Below are positions 48,101 through 56,844 of a stretch of 64,000 nt of DNA, piece by piece (position 1 is the first letter of the stretch; every line of letters starts with the position of its first letter). Source of the DNA: Candidatus Latescibacterota bacterium (GTDB taxonomy: Bacteria > Latescibacterota > UBA2968 > UBA8231); NCBI GenBank assembly GCA_965203175.1, contig OZ241867.1, forward strand, positions 5,664,001 to 5,728,000, read 5' to 3'. Both the position numbers and the translations under genes were made by a program. Under the pieces are notes generated by a model. The model ran no database searches. It was given only the letters and a program-made list of their open reading frames with translations, and was not told the origin of the DNA.

Positions 48101-48110
48101 TGGCCTTCAT
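45108..48110 (-). CDS. Multidomain surface protein: T9SS-type sorting-like domain, CARDB, plant-type LRRs, zincin metallopeptidase
   Basis: QNYPNPFNPST..VFNLLGQ..GVYIYRL; PDLVV..VRNQG..ESDTNNN; LYDATDGPNW..NW, 24-aa LxLxxNxLxGxxPxxLGxL repeats; HELGHNMALKH. Confidence 0.85.
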   Translation of the reverse strand: MKAIIGGLIGLILEGGVGAEPPVEALRGSALPQGFSLGQNYPNPFNPSTIIPYQLSVSAHVRLEVFNLLGQRIATLVDGQRPAGAHAAMWNATGAAGVYIYRLTMGGASLARRMVLVDGLAGIPIGKAVAPLTASQSPSAPDLVVQPPWVNHSTQKTGQPFRIKVIVRNQGNGEAASTTLRYYQSTDATISVKDSLVGTDAVIGLNASSNSPESIALKAPWTVGTYYYGACVDAVIGESDTNNNCSDAVITEVIPIGTGGISALVALYDATDGPNWKNNTNWLSKKPLADWYGVTVSNWEVTELDLSDNKLSGPIPSELGDLSYLTTLSLHTNALTGPVPPALGNLSNLTTLSLHTNGLTGALPSALGNLSNLRYLSLHTNALTGPVPPALGNLSNLMTLSLHTNGLTGALPSALGDLSSLRSLFLDTNALTGPVPPALGNLSNLEKLYLNQNAGLAGVLPRALTRLSLTDLMLSGTQLCIPPDDEFQMWLQGIRNRRVPICIRSDESQAYLTQATQSLTHPVPLVAGKRALLRVFVTAHQALDVGIPPVRATFYRNGIWVHTAEIPNRQGEIPRAVDEGVLSASANAEIPSSVVSPGLEMVVEIDPGGTLDPALGLGGRIPETGRMALDVREVPPLDLTLVPLLWEEAPDRSILDEIEGLSADDDLFWPMRDLLPVRDFSLRVRRPVWTSMDPVVANSDELLAEIAAIQVLDGGRGRGHYMGILRRGGGKALIPGTASVSALDGSTMAHELGHNMALKHSPCGNVDAADLRYPYRDGTIGAWGYNSRTRTLVHPNTPDLMSYCGPRWISDYNFSKALEYRRSREHSAAAKPPAPTTTMLLWGRVKASGEPVLEPAFVVNAPPALPQTGGPYRLTGEDADGSELFAFSFDMAASADGDAGAAFAFALPVRPEWADELERITLSGPKGVVTIDGDGPRPVAILQDPSTGQVQGILRDWPESGPVLRTAREALPEPGLFIVSRGVPDPALWSLLSPAEDSTP
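46780..47200 (-). repeat. 72-nt LRR-coding tandem repeats with 144-nt higher-order period
   Basis: Alternating units encoding NALTGPVPPALGNL and NGLTGALPSALG(N/D)L, near-identical at DNA level. Confidence 0.9.
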
Positions 48111-48191
48111 AAGCTCAGCTCATTGGACCATGTTAAACCATTCGGGATGGCGCGGCCCGAGGCCAACGTCGCATTGTGCACTTGCCTAGTC

Positions 48192-48959
48192 CTAACCCTC
48201 CACTCGGCGAAAGTAATCCTCGGCGTCGTCTTGCGGCATATAACCCAGATCTTTCTCGGTCACCTCCAAGTCAAAAACGCGCCGTCCATTGCCGCTGACC
48301 ACATAGGCTAGCAGGTACTGGGTATCCACTTCCAAGGCTCGACGATGGGCTTCGATGCAATCGCGATGGCTGAGGAACATGGCACGCATATAGTCCTCGG
48401 CAGAGGTGCCGCGCATGGTGGTCGGATCGTCCTCAGCAATGATCCAGCCGATGCGCAAACCGACAAATTCGAGGCCGTAGCGCTGACTGTACAGCTTGCC
48501 CATGTTTTCGCCAAAGAGCTTGGAGACCGCGTACATGGAGTCGGGATTAGGCGGCTCGTCCAAACGCATGCGGGTGCGCTTGGACGGATCCAAGGTCTCT
48601 GGAGTGGTCAAAATAGTATTGCCGTGCTGGGTGTGATTGGTCGAGGCAAATACTAGACGTCTGACCCCAGATCGGCGGCACTCTTCCAGCACCTGATACA
48701 TACCTTCTAGGTTGTGATCCCGCACGCTCTCCCAAGAGGCGCTTGGGCTGGGATCGGCCGCTAGGTGAATGACGGCCTCCAAGCCCTCAAAGGCCCCTTC
48801 GACCTCTGCGGCGCGGTCGAAATTGACTATCGTGGCGGGAAAATCGACTGGGCGGCGCGTGAATGCCTTGAACTCGTATTCGGCTCCCAAGCCGGCCAGC
48901 AGCACGCGGCCGATGGTGCCGTTGGCCCCGGTCAGGCCAATGCGGGTATAGCGCGTCAT
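48192..48959 (-). CDS. NAD-dependent epimerase/dehydratase (uronate dehydrogenase-like SDR)
   Basis: TGANGTIG, VIHLAA, VFASTNH, YAVSK, LRIG, LSHRD. Confidence 0.85.
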   Translation of the reverse strand: MTRYTRIGLTGANGTIGRVLLAGLGAEYEFKAFTRRPVDFPATIVNFDRAAEVEGAFEGLEAVIHLAADPSPSASWESVRDHNLEGMYQVLEECRRSGVRRLVFASTNHTQHGNTILTTPETLDPSKRTRMRLDEPPNPDSMYAVSKLFGENMGKLYSQRYGLEFVGLRIGWIIAEDDPTTMRGTSAEDYMRAMFLSHRDCIEAHRRALEVDTQYLLAYVVSGNGRRVFDLEVTEKDLGYMPQDDAEDYFRRVEG

Positions 48960-48984
48960 GTTGTATGCTCCTTGCTCGATACTC

Positions 48985-51465
48985 TCATCCTACGACAAAA
49001 GTCCGTTGGCTGTTCTCACGCAGCACGAGCTCCCGATCAAAGGTATGCTCGCCCACGCCGGTCAGCCGAAAGTGCTTAATCTTGATCCGCCCATACAAAA
49101 CGTCCAAGACGATGCGATAGCCCGACTGGCGCTGGGCAATGTGCACCGTGCCCCAAGCAGCGCCATTTGACCAGAAAAAGGTTCCGGGCTCTGCGGCAAA
49201 GGCGATGGACTTTGTAACCCCCGAATAATTAAATCCCGTCAGCGCCAGCACCCCGGCCCAAGCAACCATGGCCCGGGCGTAGTGATGGCCGCATTCGGCT
49301 TCGTCAAAGGGACTGCGTTTGGCCCCGTCGTAGCGATTGCGAACGTCGCGCATGGTTTGCAGACCGTTTTTGAGCTGACCCTCGTAGAGCATGCCAATGG
49401 CCGCGGTGTATTCAAACCCGGTCATCACTTCCGTGAAATAAGGAAATGGATTGTCGGGCCGCTCGCGGGGATAGCTCGCCATGAGCAAGGCCGATTCATC
49501 CCCCAAGGCATAAGAGCGCATGCAGTTGAAGTGATCAGTCAGCTTCTTGCGGTGGTTGTACTTGCGGATGCTCTTGAGGGTTTGGCGCACGTGGGCGCGT
49601 TTGGTCAGATAGCCCAAACCGCAGACGTGGGCGAAAAACTGGCCAACGAGCTGATCTACCAGACAACCGCGGCCGAGTTGGTAATCTGGATCGGAGAGTT
49701 TGGCCGCGCCCATGCCCAGCCGCAGCGCTGCGGCCACTTTTTTGGGTGGCTCAATGCGATGCTCGTAGTATTCGCCATTGAACAATTGCTCGTCGATGTA
49801 GGCGCGGCCACTCTCGTAGAGCCGACGGCAAGTTTGCGCAAAGTCAGCTTCGCCCAGATGGACCGCCATTTCCTCGCCGGCGCGCAAAGCCCCCAGATAC
49901 CATATCCCCATTTGTGGATTAGGCCCGTAGTATTCGACATCCATGGTATTGTGCTGGCAGCCCTCCATAACCCCGTCGCCATCGCCGTCCCACCCTCCTT
50001 CGATCCAGCAAAATTCAAGGGCCTTTTTGACCTTTGGCCAAATCGATTGCAGGAAGGCATCGTCGCCGCAAAGCTGCCAGTCGCGATAGGCTTTCATAAT
50101 ACAACCCATCTGACCGTCGGCCGCGGCTTTGCCAAATTCACGAGCGCGACTGAGGGGCAGATGGACGCGAAAGTTCATCATGCCTTGGTCGTCGGTGGCG
50201 TGATTGAATTCGGTATCGCGCATCGTGCGGGCCAGATCGCCAAAAAGAAACGCCGTACTTTGTTCGTAATTCCACACATGCGTACAGGAGCCCATGCAGC
50301 AGCCGCTGTGATCGTTGTATCCCTCCCAGCCAAATAAACGTCCATCCGGGGTGCGGAAGCACGTTTGCGTCCGCAGAGTGCTGAGATTGAAAAGAGCGGC
50401 TTCCTTTACGACCTCGGGCAGATCGCTTGCCGCGAAGGCTGAGACAAAGCGCACGGTCTGTTGTTCGAGCTTTTTGAGCCGCGGCGCGGTTTTGCCGGCC
50501 ACATCCCACGCATCGCCATAGTGCGTCGCATAGTAGTTGCCAATGGGATCGTCGCCCGGCGACCACGTGTGCCGATTGGGAAAGTGCCACGTCAGCAAGA
50601 AGGTGATCGTCTTGTGTTGCTTGGGCAAAATGTTGGTGCGCACCACGAGCGAGGCACTCGGCATGTCAGCCCCTTCGCCGGGGCGCTTTTCCACCCGGCC
50701 ATCGGCTGCAAAGTCGTCCCAAAAGTCGAGCAGAGACGTGCCCCACCCGGCTTTTTTCCAAGCCGTGCGATAAGTAATACCCGTTTTGGCCGTGGTGGTC
50801 AGGGCCATAGTGCCATAACTCATGGCGGTGGGATCAACCCCTGTGCTGTCCATGAAAATGCCCTGACAGTGGGTTGCCTTGCGAAAGCGATTGCGATTGG
50901 CCTGGGCCAATTCTTCCACGCCATCGTTGCCAATGAAATTGGGCAGCGAGCCGCACACCGAGACCGCGACGCGCTTGTTGGTCCGATTAGTGAGCGTATA
51001 GCGCAGCACCGCGATGGGGATCCCGCTGTCATCGGCGTTGGCGGGTATAAACGGGTTAAACGCTTCGAGACAAACCGCGACCGGAACTTGTGGATCGGAC
51101 AGATGTACCTGTGCAAGTGGATAAGCCGCAGCAAACGCACATTGTGCAAAGCGCGGCAAGCCGTGATTGACCGCCACACTGCCGCTCGCACCCTGGTATT
51201 CGGATACGTCCACCGGCCCTTCGAGCGCACGGGTGACGGATGGGCCGCCAGCGGGTTTGGCGTACAGAGCAAAAAATGCCCCCGCTCCCCGGCCCCCATC
51301 GCCCCTTGGGACAAATCCCTTGGCCGGGCGGTTCATCAGTTCCCAGTCGCGCAAATCCCCGCGTCCGCCCAGTGAAACGGTGCCCGTGCCAATGCCGCCA
51401 ATGGGCATGGCAATGCTGACGAGATGATCCCGATCGTAGTGCTTGAGCATCGGCCAATTGGACAT
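48985..51465 (-). CDS. GH116 glycoside hydrolase (non-lysosomal glucosylceramidase-like)
   Basis: MPIGGIGTG, FGWEG..GCC.GSCTHVWNY, AADGQ, HNTMDVE, DQLVGQ, EVMTGFEY, ECGHHYAR; ATG at 51465 with GAGGAG SD. Confidence 0.9.
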   Translation of the reverse strand: MSNWPMLKHYDRDHLVSIAMPIGGIGTGTVSLGGRGDLRDWELMNRPAKGFVPRGDGGRGAGAFFALYAKPAGGPSVTRALEGPVDVSEYQGASGSVAVNHGLPRFAQCAFAAAYPLAQVHLSDPQVPVAVCLEAFNPFIPANADDSGIPIAVLRYTLTNRTNKRVAVSVCGSLPNFIGNDGVEELAQANRNRFRKATHCQGIFMDSTGVDPTAMSYGTMALTTTAKTGITYRTAWKKAGWGTSLLDFWDDFAADGRVEKRPGEGADMPSASLVVRTNILPKQHKTITFLLTWHFPNRHTWSPGDDPIGNYYATHYGDAWDVAGKTAPRLKKLEQQTVRFVSAFAASDLPEVVKEAALFNLSTLRTQTCFRTPDGRLFGWEGYNDHSGCCMGSCTHVWNYEQSTAFLFGDLARTMRDTEFNHATDDQGMMNFRVHLPLSRAREFGKAAADGQMGCIMKAYRDWQLCGDDAFLQSIWPKVKKALEFCWIEGGWDGDGDGVMEGCQHNTMDVEYYGPNPQMGIWYLGALRAGEEMAVHLGEADFAQTCRRLYESGRAYIDEQLFNGEYYEHRIEPPKKVAAALRLGMGAAKLSDPDYQLGRGCLVDQLVGQFFAHVCGLGYLTKRAHVRQTLKSIRKYNHRKKLTDHFNCMRSYALGDESALLMASYPRERPDNPFPYFTEVMTGFEYTAAIGMLYEGQLKNGLQTMRDVRNRYDGAKRSPFDEAECGHHYARAMVAWAGVLALTGFNYSGVTKSIAFAAEPGTFFWSNGAAWGTVHIAQRQSGYRIVLDVLYGRIKIKHFRLTGVGEHTFDRELVLRENSQRTFVVG

Positions 51466-51509
51466 TGTGATTACTCCTCGGTGTGAATGGGAATCGTTCG
51501 CATCGATGC

Positions 51510-52538
51510 CTAAGGCGTCGGAGCCTCCGCGTCGATCAACCCCTCCTGCTTGAGCTCGGCCCAATAGTCGGCGGGGATTGCGCGCTCTAGGCAATCCACA
51601 TTGGCGGCAACTTCCGCGACGGTTCGCGCCCCGGGAATGACGGTCGCCACCGCCGGATGCCCAAAGGGAAATTGCAGTGCTGCAGCCGACAAGGGCACCT
51701 CGTGCCGCGCGCAAACCGCCTCAATGCGGCGCACCTTCTCCAGCACATCTTCCGGTGCCGGCGCGTAGTTGTAATACGCACCTTCGACTGCTCCGGTAGC
51801 CAAAATCCCCGAATTGTACGGCCCGCCGATGACGATCCGCACCCCCTTCTCCAAACACAGCGGCAACAACTCGCGCAGCGATTCCTGCTCCAGCAGCGTA
51901 TAGCGGCCAGCCAGCAAAAAGGCGTCGAAGTCCCCAGCGCGAGCGAAATCGGCCAGCATTTGCCATTGGTTCATACCCAAGCCAAGCGCCTTAATCACCT
52001 TTTGCTGGCGCAACTCGTCGAGCGCGGGATAGGTTTCAGCCATCACTTGATCGAAGTACCCTCGCTCGCCCGGCGTCCAATCCGGTTCAATGCTCTTCCC
52101 CTCGTCCGGGTCGTGGATCAGCACCAGATCGAGGCGATCCATTTTGAGCCGCTCTAAACTTCCCTCGATCGAGCGCAGCACTGCGTCGCGCGAGAAATCG
52201 AAATAGCTGGTCAGCTCGGGCGCATTGATGAACAGATCGACGTAATCGTCGCCAGGTTTCCGCTCCACCAGCGTATAGCCCACTTTCGAGGACAGGACGA
52301 TCTCGTCGCGGTTGTAGCGCGCCAGCCCCGGCCCCAAGCGCGTCTCGCTCAGGCCGTAGCCGTACAGCGGCGCAGTGTCAAAGTAGCGCACCCCAGCCGC
52401 AAAGGCCGCGTCTAGCACGTCCAGCCCCTCCTGCTCGCTCAGTACCGAGTACATGTTGCCAAAAGTCGTGCCTCCAAGCCCCAAGCGCGTCACCTCCAAG
52501 CCGTGTGGCCCAATTTTTTCTCTATCTCCTGCTCGCAT
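51510..52538 (-). CDS. Aldo/keto reductase (D-threo-aldose/L-fucose 1-dehydrogenase-like)
   Basis: FDTAPLYG.GLSE, SKVG, FDFSRD...SL.RL, IHDPD, LLAGRYTLLEQ, YNSGILA; ATG at 52538. Confidence 0.85.
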   Translation of the reverse strand: MRAGDREKIGPHGLEVTRLGLGGTTFGNMYSVLSEQEGLDVLDAAFAAGVRYFDTAPLYGYGLSETRLGPGLARYNRDEIVLSSKVGYTLVERKPGDDYVDLFINAPELTSYFDFSRDAVLRSIEGSLERLKMDRLDLVLIHDPDEGKSIEPDWTPGERGYFDQVMAETYPALDELRQQKVIKALGLGMNQWQMLADFARAGDFDAFLLAGRYTLLEQESLRELLPLCLEKGVRIVIGGPYNSGILATGAVEGAYYNYAPAPEDVLEKVRRIEAVCARHEVPLSAAALQFPFGHPAVATVIPGARTVAEVAANVDCLERAIPADYWAELKQEGLIDAEAPTP

Positions 52539-52549
52539 TGTTGCCTCCC

Positions 52550-54493
52550 TTAGTAAATCGGAATCCGATTGCCGGTCTCCCCGGTGATATAGTCGAAGAA
52601 CACCCAAAACCCCGACACAAAAATGTGCCCCAAAATCAACCCCAAAAACAGCGGCCGTAACTGTCTATAGAGCGTCACGCCCCCGTATTTGAGCACCAGT
52701 GCCTTCAAGACCCAACCGATGAAGACGCTGAACCACGTCCAGATGATCGTCAGCGTCGCGCCGATGGGGAAGCCCAGATAATGCACCGGCCACCAGAGGA
52801 AGTGGTGCCGGGCGTACATCAACATCCCCATGATCGCCGCGCCGATCCCCGCGAACAAAAAGCGCGGCCCAATCTCGTCAAAATCATTTAAGGGATGCCT
52901 CGGGTTGGCGATCTTGTAGGCCGAGTCGCCGTGGACGATCTCGCCGAAGCGATTGTAGAACCACCAGTCCAAATTGATACCCCCATACTGGTACCCCATC
53001 CACACCACCATCCACACCGAACCAGCCAAACCGACCACAATCGAGAGCATCAGCGCCCAGAACAGCGGCCGTCCCCGCACTCGGCCAATATCAGCTAGCT
53101 TGAGCCCATTGATTGCCGAGGCCATCACCATGGTGCGCAAATCACCCGCCCAGCTAAAGGTCATCCCCAAGCTCACTAGCCCCGACGGACCTATCGCCTC
53201 TGTGCCCACCGCGTCGATCACAAACGGCTGCGCCGTCATCTGCGCCCGCGCAAAACCCAACCCGCCCTCGGCGACGATCCGCGTCAGCCCGTAAAATATG
53301 CAAAAGGCGACGAAGAGAAAAAACAGCGAAACCCACCACGGCACGCCCGATAAGGTCAGCCAGACGGTGGCGTACGCGCTGGCCAGAACCAAGACGATCA
53401 GCGCCGCCCGATACGAGAGAATCTCCTGCGAATCGTCCAGTCCCTCCTCGTTGTACAGGGCCTTGCGCCAGACCCGCCGCAGATAGCCGCGGCTGTTCCA
53501 CAGCCCGTAGATCACCAACACCAGCATGGCCCCCATCCCCTCGTAGGACACCGACATCGAGCCTTCCATAAATAGGTCGGTGCGGCCCGGCAGCGAATAG
53601 CCGAGGACGTTCTCAGTGGCAATTTGCGCTTTGGTCAACAAGTGGAAGAGCCAGATGCTCAACCCCACGTCTAAGCTCAAAAAGTACGCCAACCCTATCG
53701 CCACAAAGTTCACGTTGGTCGCCAGGTTCAGCGCGTGGTTAAACAGCGAGATGTGGTGGCGCAACTGTATCGCCGGGATAAAGGGGAAATAGTGGTTTAG
53801 AGCATTGGTGCTGTGCAGCACAACGGGTAGCGCGAACCCGATCCACAAAAGCGGCCTTTTGAACAGCGGCCCGATTATGGACCCGCTCTTGCCTTCTTCG
53901 GTCAGGTCGATGGGTAGCTGCAACAGCGGAAAGGTCAAGCGGTCGTAGTCAACCCATTGGCGGCGGACGATCGACGCGATGCAGATCATCATCAGGTAGA
54001 TCGCCAGAATGAACGAGACCCAAGCCGCAAGCGGCACCATCCAGTGTTCCCAGGGGATGGGCTGCCCCTTGGGTAGGCCCTCGAAGAAGTACTTGATCGC
54101 GTCTGGGTCCTGCGGCACCATCCACTCGCGGACGTAGGGATGCAGCAGTTCCGACCAATTATTCTCGGGGGTGGCATAGTAGTAGATATTGGGCAACATG
54201 GCGATCAAGTTGCCCGTAAAACCCCACGTGGGGATGGCCGAACCGATGATCATCATCGCGTAGATGATAATCAACTCGGAGCGATTAAAGCCCCAAGCAC
54301 GGCGCATCAGCTTGAGCGCGGGATTGATAAAAGCCACCACCAGAAAGAACAGGAACACCGCTCCGGCGGTGATGTAATCGGAGGACATGCCCGCGGTGGC
54401 CATCGCCAGCCGGGCATATGCGAAAAACACGTTGATCGCCAGGGACAGCAAGGCCCCAAAAGCGAACGAGCGATAGGTGAAATTACCGGGCAT
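52550..54493 (-). CDS. Polytopic membrane protein, DUF6785/DUF6784-type (paralog of 41163-43067)
   Basis: YYATPENNWSELL, RRQW...RLTFPL, WWPVH..GF, LKYGG..LYR...P.F.GLILG. Confidence 0.7.
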   Translation of the reverse strand: MPGNFTYRSFAFGALLSLAINVFFAYARLAMATAGMSSDYITAGAVFLFFLVVAFINPALKLMRRAWGFNRSELIIIYAMMIIGSAIPTWGFTGNLIAMLPNIYYYATPENNWSELLHPYVREWMVPQDPDAIKYFFEGLPKGQPIPWEHWMVPLAAWVSFILAIYLMMICIASIVRRQWVDYDRLTFPLLQLPIDLTEEGKSGSIIGPLFKRPLLWIGFALPVVLHSTNALNHYFPFIPAIQLRHHISLFNHALNLATNVNFVAIGLAYFLSLDVGLSIWLFHLLTKAQIATENVLGYSLPGRTDLFMEGSMSVSYEGMGAMLVLVIYGLWNSRGYLRRVWRKALYNEEGLDDSQEILSYRAALIVLVLASAYATVWLTLSGVPWWVSLFFLFVAFCIFYGLTRIVAEGGLGFARAQMTAQPFVIDAVGTEAIGPSGLVSLGMTFSWAGDLRTMVMASAINGLKLADIGRVRGRPLFWALMLSIVVGLAGSVWMVVWMGYQYGGINLDWWFYNRFGEIVHGDSAYKIANPRHPLNDFDEIGPRFLFAGIGAAIMGMLMYARHHFLWWPVHYLGFPIGATLTIIWTWFSVFIGWVLKALVLKYGGVTLYRQLRPLFLGLILGHIFVSGFWVFFDYITGETGNRIPIY

Positions 54494-54499
54494 CAGAGC

Positions 54500-54569
54500 A
54501 TCTTAGGATATAATTTATTTTGCCGCAAATGGGCGGCGATTTGTGGCCGGGCAAGCCGCAGTCTATACT
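54500..54569. promoter_or_regulatory. Back-to-back divergent sigma70-like promoters built on an inverted repeat
   Basis: gccgcaaat-N8-atttgtggc (54522-54547); + strand TTGTGG-17-TATACT; - strand TTGCGG-17-TAAGAT, 6 nt before ATG 54493. Confidence 0.55.
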
Positions 54570-54602
54570 TAGCGCACTCTCATTCACAGCAAAGGATACC
54601 CT

Positions 54603-55655
54603 ATGGCAGCGCTCAAAGTCGGCATCATTGGCCTCGGCGGCATCGCCCGTTCCCACTGCGATGCAATCGCCCATCTCGACCAAGTAGAAGTCATCGCAGT
54701 CGCCGATCTGTTCGAGGAGAAGCGGCGCGAGTACATGGACAAGTACCACATCCCCAAGGGCTATTCAACGCACCACGAACTCTTGGAAGATGCCGACGTC
54801 GATGCGGTCGCCGTCGTGCTCGGTCATCAGTTGCACCACCAGCTCACTATCGACGCCTGCCGCGCCGGCAAGCACGTACTCGTCGAAAAACCCATGGCCA
54901 TCAACCTAGAGCAATGCGACGCCATGGTCGCCGCGGCCGCGGAAAACAATGTCAAGCTAATGGTCGGGCTGTCGCAGCACTTTTACAGCACCAGCCTCAA
55001 GGCCAAGGAAATCCTCGACTCCGGTCAACTTGGACCCGTGATTACGGCTGTCAGCTACATGTCGAAAAACTGGAATTTCGCCGGCCGCCGGCCCCAGTAC
55101 CGCAGTCGCTTCCACGGCGGCGGCATGTGGTTGACCAACGGAGTCCACGTCGTCGATCGGCTCACGTGGGTGATGGCTTCGCAAGCCGCGTCGGTCTCAG
55201 CTTCCATTGGCACCCGCGCTCATTACCAAGCCGCCGACGATTCAGCCACGGCCTTTATCCGCTACAAAAACGGCCTCGCCGGCACGGCCGTGGCCGTGGG
55301 CTTCGCGGACGGTGCGCCGAATTTTGAATGCCAAGTGATCTGCGCCAACGGCTCGCTGCGCTTCAGCCAGCACGGCGAGAAATACGTCAAAGTAGGCCAA
55401 GGCGATACGTGGGAAGACGTCCCGTTCGAGGACGCGCCAACCGAAATGTACCACGAGTGGAAAAGTTTTGCCGAGGCCATTGCGCTCAACATCGAGCCAC
55501 CGACTCACGGCCAATACGGGCGGCACATCATGGAAATCCTCTTCGCCGCCGAAGCCTCGTCCCTCACTCGGCGCGAGGTCAAAATAGGCCGCCGCCCGCA
55601 TTGGCAGACCCAGACTTCCGGCTCGCCCGTGACCACTCAGCACGGCTGGATTTAA
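54603..55655 (+). CDS. Gfo/Idh/MocA family oxidoreductase
   Basis: GIIGLGGIA, AGKHVLVEKPMA, GGG....GVH..D. Confidence 0.92.
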   Translation: MAALKVGIIGLGGIARSHCDAIAHLDQVEVIAVADLFEEKRREYMDKYHIPKGYSTHHELLEDADVDAVAVVLGHQLHHQLTIDACRAGKHVLVEKPMAINLEQCDAMVAAAAENNVKLMVGLSQHFYSTSLKAKEILDSGQLGPVITAVSYMSKNWNFAGRRPQYRSRFHGGGMWLTNGVHVVDRLTWVMASQAASVSASIGTRAHYQAADDSATAFIRYKNGLAGTAVAVGFADGAPNFECQVICANGSLRFSQHGEKYVKVGQGDTWEDVPFEDAPTEMYHEWKSFAEAIALNIEPPTHGQYGRHIMEILFAAEASSLTRREVKIGRRPHWQTQTSGSPVTTQHGWI

Positions 55656-55658
55656 GCG

Positions 55659-56522
55659 CTAGTGCTCCAGCGGCGTCATATCCCCGGCCTGCGCCACTTC
55701 CTCTAGCTCCGCCACGCTCGCCGCGCCACTGGACACGGTCGAGACCCGCTCGTCGGCCAAGACCCAGCGAAACGCGCTCTGCGGCAGCGTTGATTCCTGT
55801 CGCTTTAGCTGCTCGATAATCGCCCATGCCCGCTGCCGCTCTTCCTCGCCCTCGAACCGACGCTCCACCGCCGCGCGCTGGTCCTTACCAGCGACGTACA
55901 CACCTCCAGCCAGCACTGTCGCCAGCACCACGCCCATATCGCTTTGCGCGGCGGCCGGCAAAACTTGCTCCGCTGCTAACTGCACACAGGGATGGTAGTC
56001 GTGGTAGCACAGCACCGAGTCGAATTCGCCTGTTGCCGCCAGCCGCGCCAGCAGGGGAATGGCCCGGCCCGTCACGCCGATAAAATCGCACAGCCCCTGT
56101 TTTTGCGCGGCGCGCAAACCCTCCAAAGTCCCGCCCTTTTCCACGATTCGCTCCCAGCCCGCCATGTTCACCTCGTGGATCTGCGCCACCGTCAGCTTAG
56201 TTAGGCCCAGCAAGGCCAAGCTGCGTTCCAAACTCTGCAAGACCGAATCGCGCCGGTAGTCAAAGTCGTCCGGCTTAAACCCTACCTTGGTCGCCAAGTA
56301 AAAGGGGCGGCGCTCCCCGGCCAGCGCCTTGCCCAGCAGCTCTTCGCTCGGCCCGTAGAGCGGTGCTGTATCGATGTAATTGCAGCCCAAATCCAACGCG
56401 CGGCGCACAATCTCCTGGGCATTTTCCGCGGTGCGCTCCGGATCCTTGCCCCCCAAGTAGGCCCCGCCTAAGCTGACCGCGCTCACTTGTAATTCCGTGC
56501 GCCCAAATCGCCGATAGCGCAT
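55659..56522 (-). CDS. Aldo/keto reductase
   Basis: MRYRRFGRT.L.VS, IDTAPLYG.SE, ATKVG, SLERSL..L, QIHE. Confidence 0.88.
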   Translation of the reverse strand: MRYRRFGRTELQVSAVSLGGAYLGGKDPERTAENAQEIVRRALDLGCNYIDTAPLYGPSEELLGKALAGERRPFYLATKVGFKPDDFDYRRDSVLQSLERSLALLGLTKLTVAQIHEVNMAGWERIVEKGGTLEGLRAAQKQGLCDFIGVTGRAIPLLARLAATGEFDSVLCYHDYHPCVQLAAEQVLPAAAQSDMGVVLATVLAGGVYVAGKDQRAAVERRFEGEEERQRAWAIIEQLKRQESTLPQSAFRWVLADERVSTVSSGAASVAELEEVAQAGDMTPLEH

Positions 56523-56535
56523 GGTTGTTCTCCTT

Positions 56536-56838
56536 TTATCTTACCTCTACGACTTCCTCTCTCCTGACAGTAATCCGAGTAGTCAGTCCAACTCGTGCGG
56601 CCATGTTCACTAGTTTGTCAATGGTGAATTTGCTGATTCGGCCATTGACGAGCTCACTCACACGCGATCGCGTCACACCAAGCCGTTTGGCCGCCTCTTC
56701 CTGAGTGAGTTTCTCTTGATCAATGTACGCCTTTATGGCATCCATTAGCAGAGAACGGAGCTTGAGGTTAGCCGCTTCTTCGGGGCTGTCCGCAATGGCA
56801 TCCCAGACGCTCCGGTAGGTGTGAATCTCCTGTAGCAT
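56536..56838 (-). CDS. XRE-family HTH protein (HigA2-like orphan antitoxin)
   Basis: SVWDAI.D.PEEAANLKLRS.LM...LTQ.EAAKRLGVTRSRVS.L..G.ISKF.ID.L. Confidence 0.85.
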   Translation of the reverse strand: MLQEIHTYRSVWDAIADSPEEAANLKLRSLLMDAIKAYIDQEKLTQEEAAKRLGVTRSRVSELVNGRISKFTIDKLVNMAARVGLTTRITVRREEVVEVR

Positions 56839-56844
56839 TGCACC

